Below are positions 11,801-19,900 of a stretch of 64,000 bases of DNA, piece by piece. The DNA is taken from IMG/VR virus record IMGVR_UViG_3300032238_000599, positions 64,001-128,000 of that record; one strand, given 5' to 3'. The notes under the pieces are model-generated. The model was given only the letters and a program-made list of their open reading frames with translations, was not told the origin of the DNA and did not search any database. Positions within the stretch are counted from its first letter, which is position 1; every line of letters begins with the position of its first letter. The translations under genes and the position numbers were made by a program. This DNA comes from a virus.

Positions 11801-13883
11801 ACCTATTGCTTCAAGTCTTGACAGCTCTAGTTTATACTATATTGAACCAAGAATTACATTTAGTGATCCTCAGTTTACACAAACAGCTACTACTTTATAT
11901 ACACTAGCTGGAGGAACTACTTATAACTCAGCTGCCTATGGTAACGGTACATGGCTTGCACTACCTAGTCAATATGCAGTAGGAGCAGTAAGTACTAACG
12001 GCACAATCTGGTCAGCAATTACACTACCAACATCTGGTAACTTTGTAAGTTGTGCATTTGGTAATAATTACTTTGTAGGTATTGCAGGTAGTCCTGCAAC
12101 TTGTATCTATTCAAATAGCAACGGCGCCACTTGGAAAACAGCAACTCTTCCAGGAGCAAGCAACATTGGATGGTCAGCAGTTGAATACGGTGCTGGTAGA
12201 TTTGTAGCAATTTCACAAACACCCTCAACTACGGGCGCATACTCAGATGACTTTGGTAAAACATGGACATCAAGTACTATCATTCAAGGTGCATGGAATG
12301 ACTTAGCCTATGGTAACGGAGTATGGGTAGCAGTTGCTACATACTCAGTTGGATTACCTAAGACACTAATGTATAGTACAACCAACGGAGCATCTTGGAC
12401 TGATAACAGTTCTGCGGCAAATACAGCGGCAGTTAATTATGCAAGTGTTACATTTGGTAACGGACGATTTGTTGCAGTATCGGGAAGTATTGGAACACAA
12501 TACGCTATCTGGAGTTTAGACGGTATCAACTGGACAGCATCACTAAACCCTGTGCAAGCAACTAAGATTTCATACGGTAACGGAGTATTCTTAGCAATTA
12601 ATCCAGGACAGTCAACAGCTTATATCAGTGAAGACGGAAGTACTTGGAAACAACGTACAGTTGGTGCCGCAAGTTATAGTGCTATGACGTTTGGTCTAGA
12701 CAACAACGGTGTTGGATACTTTGGAACCTTCACAGGTCAAAATGCAGGTACTTTAATTAACGCAGGTATACGAACAAAAGGTCGTCCTATTGTAGTAAGT
12801 AACGTAATTACTGCTATTAATTTATGGGAACCAGGCAGCGGGTACACTTCTACACCGAGTATTGCATTTACAGATCCTAATTCCACTGCTATTGCACAGA
12901 CACAAATTAGAGTCGGTAATGGGGTTCTATCTAATCCGACAATTATTAGCAGAGGAACTGGTTATAGTATTACTACAACATTAATTGCAATTACTGGTAA
13001 TGGTTACGCAGATCAATATCAAAATGGATATACCCTAATTGCTAATAATTTGACAAGAATTCCAAGTCCTGGAGATAACTTGTTAATTGCAGGAGATCCT
13101 GTAACCTATAAAGTTACTAGTGCTACAGCAATTTACGGAACAACTTCTCCTAATATCGAAGCAAATATTGCTGTCAGCCCTAACATTGCTGTTGCAAGTA
13201 GTCCAGAAGATAGTGCCGCAATTAGTATCCGTACAAAATATAGTCAAGTGCGTTTAACAAATCATGACTTCTTAAGTATTGGATACGGAAACTTTGAAGA
13301 AACTGCATATCCTAATGTACCAACATTGAGATTATCTGCACAGAATCAAACAATTGAAACTAATTATGGTCGTGTGTTCTACACAAGTACCGACCAAGAC
13401 GGTAACTTTAAAGTTGGTACGCTATTTGGAGTTGAGCAAGCAACTGGTATTATTACGCTAAGTGCTAGCCAGTTTGGACTTTCTGGACTATCTAGCTTGA
13501 GCTTGGGAGGTATCGCAGTTGGCGGATCTAGTGTAGTTATTACACAGTTTAGTACTGACGGATCGTTTGTAGCAAACAGCGACAGTATTATTCCAACACA
13601 AAAAGCAATTAAAACTTATCTAACTTCTAGATTAAGCCAGGGCGGTAGTAATACTGCTACTGGTAACTTAATTGCTGGCGTAATTACAGTAGGCGGCGCA
13701 GATAAAATTGGTGATACTGTTCCTGTAGGAACACAAGGTAGCTCAATTAACGTAAAAAATCGTATGGTTTTCAGTGGCCCGTCAGCAGGTGTTGGCGGAA
13801 GTATAGCTGCCGTAGATATGTTCTACAATAGCTTCAACAAACGAGGTGATGATATTAGTAATGACGGACAATATTGGGGTTAA
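5865..13883 (+). CDS. Giant modular virion fibre protein (2672 aa): CBM5/12-like repeats, split beta-helix, cupredoxin-like insert, repeated small beta modules, propeller-like region
   Basis: N-terminal W....Y..GD.V.YGG..Y.C...HTS repeats; YNEVLPIVVPANTAVVGDELR and SPYVQNVTTFG beta-helix motifs; YYQCQYHPGM; repeated GMPIQFT...TTYYV modules; AYGNG.(W/F)VA repeats. Confidence 0.8.
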   Translation: MAEFKLNRLRFNWSGPWQAAKAYNRDAIVRYRGSAYVCLVPHTSNANFNVDLNAVIPVWETVLQGVAFLGDWTTTTIYSIGDVVVNGGAVYRCITGHTSSVFATDAANWETFSQTDKWRASWTVSTAYSLGDIVKYGGIVYRCITNHTSAINTILGLEDDLSKWSVFDQGIDYKGTWGQNTRYKVQDIVKVGADLWKCKTAHTSTSIFNAAYFDLWLEGEEYAGDWDSNVFYDEGDVVRFGGYDYVSTFANNRGYNPATSAPAWEPVTPGYDFEGDWQPNTTYRFNSVVRQGGNLYVAKITNNNTEPQVGVERFQYYASGSTGTTLHLTAGYIANLRVGMTVTGIGFSSGQRVIANNGDNGTYYEVILDRAPDSTPSGQLSFIGISPAWNWVSTGDDWKGFWSITANYNVGDLVIWQNATFRCINPHSSTALTRPDLDTTNSYWIIFLLHARSNAGNTIGDLITYDSAQRKTVAKPIGTEEFLLTSKNANPNWKKIFALPMIYYVGTNGVDDSHHGDTLDRPWKTVNYACAQIKAGILNPNAKTLLTQNKAWLIEEMYQWMIYQKNNNLSPFTTGSVFDETKTRRDAGFVIDALIYDISRGGNSQTVAATLAYFNIEAGGTSFVNSTVTAEMPYFIAALNQLFTLVGYTLSNTSPVISYQSANGISLNLQTSQYLNYAYVSESGTYTPANLSTNNITNNSAINYTINGKQNPTLNLVRGNTYTFTSSVSGSHPLWIQTQNGGYNASYTYNRGITGNGANNGSTLTFTVPYDAPDALYYQCQYHPGMNGKIKIYNSFDTIVDLPSAQTSVTALTSILSTALSAVSTASVPPPSQGLEATVFVKTGVYNEVLPIVVPANTAVVGDELRGTVIQPATAVTIKALAAESTTATITVNNSTQLVVGMPIQFTASFSTVTLGTTYYVRSKPTITSITISSSSSLTSVYNLTTATNLSITAYAGDALKDMFRLQNGTGLRNMTLKGLLGTLTEPNEFLTQRPTGGSFASLDPGTGPGDSSAWIIRRSPYVQNVTTFGQGCTGMKVDGNLHNGGNKSIVANDFTQILSDGIGAWITGADSKAELVSVFSYYNYAGYLAENGGRIRATNGNSSYGTFGVIAEGYDTSETPISGIVYNKSTQVQATVQSAYGLNAQLLKLSYSNAGSNYTRPTTNLLKYSNSPSNGVWSNDATIVLQQNIAAPIGYDNGWTLTASSATGDTGYIQQNTAIPAAGGSFTGLSGTTNGGGSLATFDVVVGSAGYSVTINNPGTGFVIGNTILILGTQLNGQTPANDLTITVANVAGSAISQITTSGTIPAGSDRYYILSAYVKKGTSSTCDLYAFFTGSSTRGTALTYNFDTNTVTVASSDGAGMLPPAGTYGAIPQLSTGWYRIWMAVNDNLGLNTSIQWRFYPAGRSARTAGLYTLFYGAQVQSETTATALSYYLEQQNTRYTAYANYNINSSGTGAVVVGDEIRSRSVFQTRIITVGTNVGGGGYLTASNSAQTGTSTYVTLAQSDNNTADNYINMRVFINSGTGAGQYGFITAFNTVTKIAQVCKESFDPITVTSTTTGSNLFGLGGSFDTTVLYPNMPVQFIPTYYPLTVTSSSNGTVSVTGTVGGLFNYVTVSSTANLRVGTTVTFTGNLPSGNLVTGYTYYITAVINSNNIQLATTAFGSTWQLTTAAGGYTLAYPNGTGYLSGTNITSNMTANMPVVFTGQAFGGVTTARTYYVNDIIDSNTFTISNSLVPITVTASNSSGNIYTTSDTSVLTSLNPIYFSGASLFGLVGISSSTKYYVSKIQSATTFTIASNLITTTATETAQTTNLVTVTSTVGFSVNSPIIFTGVSFGNIISERVYYILAINNSTTLTISTVQGGAAVNQFNATGNMSVRTATPDLTLTTVGSGSMTGTTTAIKTITTQGTGSMTATISTPLYGGSNITAGTIYYVLATPSSSTFTITATPGGSTAVNLSTGSGSMSLVAVGWDHINQGTPIASSLDSSSLYYIEPRITFSDPQFTQTATTLYTLAGGTTYNSAAYGNGTWLALPSQYAVGAVSTNGTIWSAITLPTSGNFVSCAFGNNYFVGIAGSPATCIYSNSNGATWKTATLPGASNIGWSAVEYGAGRFVAISQTPSTTGAYSDDFGKTWTSSTIIQGAWNDLAYGNGVWVAVATYSVGLPKTLMYSTTNGASWTDNSSAANTAAVNYASVTFGNGRFVAVSGSIGTQYAIWSLDGINWTASLNPVQATKISYGNGVFLAINPGQSTAYISEDGSTWKQRTVGAASYSAMTFGLDNNGVGYFGTFTGQNAGTLINAGIRTKGRPIVVSNVITAINLWEPGSGYTSTPSIAFTDPNSTAIAQTQIRVGNGVLSNPTIISRGTGYSITTTLIAITGNGYADQYQNGYTLIANNLTRIPSPGDNLLIAGDPVTYKVTSATAIYGTTSPNIEANIAVSPNIAVASSPEDSAAISIRTKYSQVRLTNHDFLSIGYGNFEETAYPNVPTLRLSAQNQTIETNYGRVFYTSTDQDGNFKVGTLFGVEQATGIITLSASQFGLSGLSSLSLGGIAVGGSSVVITQFSTDGSFVANSDSIIPTQKAIKTYLTSRLSQGGSNTATGNLIAGVITVGGADKIGDTVPVGTQGSSINVKNRMVFSGPSAGVGGSIAAVDMFYNSFNKRGDDISNDGQYWG

Positions 13884-13895
13884 TTCGACATTAGA

Positions 13896-13901
13896 TAAAT
13901 A
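13896..13901 (+). promoter_or_regulatory. Late promoter core TAAATA
   Basis: GATAAATA followed by GAGG Shine-Dalgarno before 13923. Confidence 0.6.
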
Positions 13902-13922
13902 TCATTAGAGGAATAAAAAAAC

Positions 13923-16900
13923 ATGGCTGAATTTAAATTAGGTAGAATTAAGTTTGTATGGAAGGGCGCATGGGTAGGAAATACTGCGTATCTTGTTGAC
14001 GATGCAGTATCATATAACGGTAAGAGTTATATGTGCGTTGTAAGCCATACTGCAAACTCATCATCTTTTGAAACTGATCTTACTGCTGTAACTCCCAAGT
14101 GGCAACTAGCCGCCGACGGAGCAAGCTGGAAGGGCAATTGGGCAACTAACACTTATTATGCTGTTGGAAGCCAGGTTAAGTATGGTGGTCAAGTTTATCT
14201 ATGTAAAACAGCTCACACTAGTGCCGCAACTGCCGCACTAGGATTAGAAGCAGATTCAGGCAAGTGGGATTTATTTGCAAGTTCTTTCGTTTGGAAGGGT
14301 GCGTGGACTACAAGTACACGTTATAAAGTAAACGACTTTGTAACTTACGGCGGCATTAGTTATGTTTGTAAGACTTATCACACCAGTGCGGCAACCGCGG
14401 CAGATGGTCTAGAAGTTGATATTCTTAAATGGGACGTATTAAATGCTGGCATTAACTATATCGGTGCATGGAGCGGTAGTTCTGTAAGATATAAACTTAA
14501 TGATGTAGTTAAGTTTGGTGCTGACTTGTGGATTTGTACAGGTGCTCACACATCGACAGGCTCAACTATTGACCTTGTAAACTTTGATATATTCATCAAC
14601 GGATTTGAATTCTTAAATAGTTGGAGCAGTGGAACAAATTACGCAATTGGTGATACTGTAACTTATGGTGGTTACACTTATATTGCCTTAGACAATCATA
14701 TAAACAAAGTTCCAAGTACAGAAACTGCCTATTGGACACCATTTACAACCGGATTTAATTTCCGTGGAGAATGGTCTGGCGCAACACAATACTTAATCGG
14801 TGACGTTGTTCGAGTTGGTGGATACACCTATCTAGCAAACGGAGATAGTTTAAACTCAGCTCCACCTAGCGGCGACTGGTCAAGATTAAATTCAGGTATC
14901 CGTTTTGTTAATACAACAGCAAGTTATACAACAGTTTCAACAACAAACGTAACAGTTACCAACGGTTCAGCAACTGGCGCTCAATTTACTGTTGCTCGTT
15001 CTAATACTGTTTACACATTAACAAGAACTGCTAACGGTAGTAACTATACCAGTGGCGACATTATTAAGATTTTAGGTACTGCCGTAGGCGGACAAACTCC
15101 ATCTAACGATATTACTATTACAGTAACAGCAAGTGCAGGTTCTATCACAGGACAAACTCATACTGGTGTTGCAGTAACATGGACAACCGGTACTGCTTAT
15201 GTAGCAGGCGATGCTGTACAATATGGCGCTAACACATACATTTGTATTCTAGCACATACAGCTGATTCTAGCAAGCGTCCCGACGCAGATGTACTAGGTA
15301 CATATTGGAACTTGTTGACTGCTGGTGCTGAAAGTAATGCTTTAACAACAACTGGTGACACTTACTACTATGGTAGTGCAGGTCCTGCACGTTTGCCAGT
15401 AGGTAACGAAGGACAAGTCCTACGTGTTAATAGCGGATTGCCAAGTTGGGGTTATTTTGGACAAGTTAATAACTTAATTTATGTCGCTCCAACAGGTACT
15501 GACCGTACTGACTTTGGTATTACTCCAGAAAATCCATTGAAGACAGTTCGTTATGCAGCCAAATTAATTGAAGACGGCTATTTAAATCAGAATGCCTGTG
15601 CGTTGTTAGCAAAGAATAAACAATTTGCTATTAAAGAAGTTAACAATTATCTACAATATACTTACAGAACAAGTGTAACTGGTACTAGTGGTGGCGCATT
15701 CACAACTGCTAATACATCAAAACTAGTTGTTAATACACCTATCACTTTTACTAATCAAACAGGAAGTTTAACTTTAGGTGGAAGTGCAATTACTAGCACT
15801 ACTGTTTATTATGTAAAAGCAATTACTACTGATATTAGTTTCACAGTTTCTGCTACAGCCGGCGGTGCCGCATTAGTAGCCGGCGGTACTGGAACCGCAA
15901 CTGGACAATATTACGTAGATCAAACTAAAGCAGAACGAGATTCTGGATTTGTTTACGAAGCGATCGTTCATGACTTAGGTCATAACGGCACATGGAAAAC
16001 CACAGCCGCAGTTCGTTCATACTACACAACTGCTGGAACTAACTATATTACAGCACAAACTGGATATCAAATTACTCAGTTTGCCGCTGGACAATTATAC
16101 TTAAAAACTTTAATCCAAAAGATTTTAGCCAATACTGCTCCATCGAGCAATTATCAAACACTGAACTCTGTTGTTACTACTGCTAATCAAATTATTGATA
16201 CTACATTAACAGCAGAAACAGGTGCAGTTACCACTACAAATACTTTAGTAGATCTTGTAGTTAACGGAATGTTAGCTGGTTCTACAACAAGCCTAGCCGC
16301 AGAAGTATTCCCAAACACTACAATCAGCATTAAAACTGGTACATACAATGAAGTACTACCAATTGTACTTTCAAGCAATACCGCAGTTGTTGGTGATGAA
16401 TTACGTTCAACAGTCATTCAGCCTAAGGCTGCTAACGGATTATTAAGTGGTGACAAGGCAAAAACCACTGCCGCACTAAATCGTATTAAAGCTGTTATTC
16501 CTGACTTAGTTGCAAACACTACTATTAGTGCAACTAGCGGTAATACACAAACGCAAATAAAAACATTACCAGCAGGCAGTGCAGGTAGCACCGCGGCATC
16601 GACCGCCGTAGTATCAAGTGTTGGGGTAATGAACAGTATTGTTGCCGGTGGACTATCAAATGTCCCAGCATTTAGCTACACAACGCCTACAGGTTACAAC
16701 TCAAGTTATTTGATCGGTTTTGGTGACGGCAAAGCACAACTTGTACAGAACTATCAATTTATTAAAGATGAGATTTCAGCTTACTTAAACACTAACTATC
16801 CAGTAGTATGGGCGGCTTTAGGTGCAGGCGGCCAAGCAAGTTGCCAACGTGACGTTGGATACATGTTAGATGCAGTTGTATATGATATGACTTACGGATC

Positions 16901-19900
16901 TAACTATCAAAGTTTAATTGCTGGTAGTGCATACTATTCATTTGGTGTGTCAACTATTGCCGCATCAGAAAAAGCCGCAACTGTTGCTGCCTATTATAGA
17001 TTAGAAGAAGTTGTTAACTATGTTGTGCAGAAAAATACAAGTTGGACAAAATCAACTGGTAACAGCACAAGTCAAATAACTACAGGAACTGCTGGCAGTG
17101 CCGCAAGTGCTTACTTTGCTAGTGCTCGTATTCAAGATATTAACAACTGGGTAACAGCAGGCAGCGAACAAACTACCGCCAGCGCATTCACAGGTAGCAC
17201 AAGTACAACAACTTTAACAGTTACCGCAATTACTAGCGGAACTATTGTTGCAGGATCATGTTTAACTGGTGGCGCAATTGCCGCTGGCACATACATTAAC
17301 ACTCAATTAACAGCAACTAATGCCGCAACGGCAACTACTACAGCAACTGCATCGAGTGGTGCAACAAGTATTACAGTTGCAAGTGCAACTAACATTGTTG
17401 CAGGACAATTAATTACAGCAACAAACATTCCACAAGGAACATTTGTACGCAACGACTATGTATCTGGTACAACAATCAACCTAGTAACTATCTACGGTTC
17501 TCCAGTACAAACACTTGGCGCACTAAGCACAACATCAATTAGTTTCTATGCACCAGGAAATACTGGTACATACCAAATCAGTGTAAGCCAAGCACAAAGT
17601 TCTACAACATTAACAGGTAATGCAAGCATTACCCCTGTAACATCAGGTGCTTATGCTCTAGCAACATCTGCATTACAAACTGCTTGGACTGCACTACAAG
17701 CTCGCCGCACAGAAATTCAAAGCGACACAGTTGTATGGGTACAAAAGTTCTATCAAAACGTTAACTTTAACGCTGGAACAACAAGTCCTTGCTACCGTGA
17801 TGCTGGTTTAATTGTTGACGCACTTGGATGGGACATGGTTTTAGGTACAAACTTTAACTCTATCACAGTTGGACGTTCATACTATAGAGCAATCGCAAGT
17901 GCCCAACTAGTTCTATCAAGTCAGAAGAACGCAGAGATTGGCGCAATTCAATTCATTGGCTATAAAGCTAAGATGGTTGCATCGAGTGGCGCATCTGCTC
18001 AACTTACACAAATGATTGATGATATCAAAGAATATATCAATGGTACTACTTCAATTACTTGTACAGCAACTACCGCTACAACTAACGTAATTACAACAAG
18101 TTCAACAGCTAACCTAGTACTAGGAATGCCAATTGTGTTTACTGGTACAGTAGCTGGCGGCATTGTTGCAGGACAAACATATTATGTTTTAGCAATTCCA
18201 AGCTCAACAACTTTCACTGTTACTAGTGCAAGCGGTTCTACAGTTGCTCTAACATTAACCACTACAACTAGTCAGTCATTTGCTGGTGTACAGACAAGTT
18301 TACAAACTTATGGTACTATAACTTACGACAATACTCTTGCAACTATTAAAGGGGCTGAAATCTTACGTGCTAATAAGACATTCTTGTCATATGAAGCTAG
18401 TGCATACATTACAGCAACTTACACTTATAGTGTAACTACAACAACAGCAAGCAATGACAGATTTACAGTCAGCGGAACTCATGCTTTTGTAACTGGAGAT
18501 CCTGTAGTATTTTCTGGAACACCGTTTGCAGGCAGTGGTGTAACAGCTGGTACAGTTTACTATGTTACATCAACTCCAACTAGTGCAACATTTACAGTAA
18601 GTGCTACACAAGGCGGAACTAACATTGATATTAGTTCAAATGGTAGTGGCACATTTACAGTAGCATACTCATTTGATGCTACAAGCTGCCGCCGAGATGC
18701 CGCAGCCATTATTGATGCTATGGTATATGATTTACAGTACACCGGTAACTATAAGTCACTACGTGCCGCTCAATTATACGTAAATGCTATCAACGGTTCT
18801 AAATTAGAAAACATGTTCTTAGTACGTAACGGTACTGGTGTACGCAACATGACACTACAAGGTCTAAATGGTACACTAACTCAAGTCAACGTTTATGGAA
18901 CAAAACGCCCAACAGCAGGTGCTTATGTGGCACTTGATCCTGGATTTGGTCCTAATGACACTAACGTATGGATTACCACACGTTCTTGCTACTCACAAAA
19001 CGTAACAATGTTTGGTACAGGGTGCTCCGGCGGCAAGGTCGATGCGGCATTACATGCTGGCGGTAACAAGTCTATGGTTAAGAATGACTTTACAACAATT
19101 ATCAGTGATGGTATTGGTGTATGGTGTACTGGTGCAGGTTCGTTAACAGAATTAGTTTCAGTGTTTAACTACTATGGCTACGCTGGTTACCTAGCAGAAC
19201 TAGGTGGACGTATTCGTGCTACGAACGGTAACAGCTCATATGGTACATATGGTGTTATTGCTGAGGGTACTGATACATATGAAACTTCTATCAATGCTAC
19301 AGTTACTAACCGTGCTAACCAAGCACTAATTTCTAACGTAGTAACAGACTCTGTTAACAAGGTATGGCGTTTTGAATACTCAAACGCAGGTAACGCTTAT
19401 ACTAATACTGTACATACAATTAGCGGAACAGGTTACAATGCTGCCGCAACCGCAGATGAATTCCGTGATGCCGCAATATTTGAAACTCGTATTGTTGACT
19501 TAAACGATAACAACGGCGTCGGCGGCACAAATTATGTAACACAAAGCAATGCCGCCCAGGGTGGTGCAGTAGGTGAAATAACTATTGCCGCAACTGATAC
19601 AGCATTATCAACAGCATACACTGGTATGCGTATTCAAATTACTGCTGGTACAGGCGTTGGGCAATATGCAAACATATTAAACTACAACAATGGTAATAAG
19701 AAAGCTATCATTTACAAGGATAGTTTTGCAACACTGACTATAACTGCTACAACTAATGGTAGCCCAAGTACAGTAACCGTAGCAAGCACATCAACACTAT
19801 ATGCTAACATGCCATTCTTGGTAGCGTCAACAGTAGGCGGTTTAACATTAAACACAGTTTATTATGTTAAGACTATTGTTAATGCAACAACATTCAGCGT

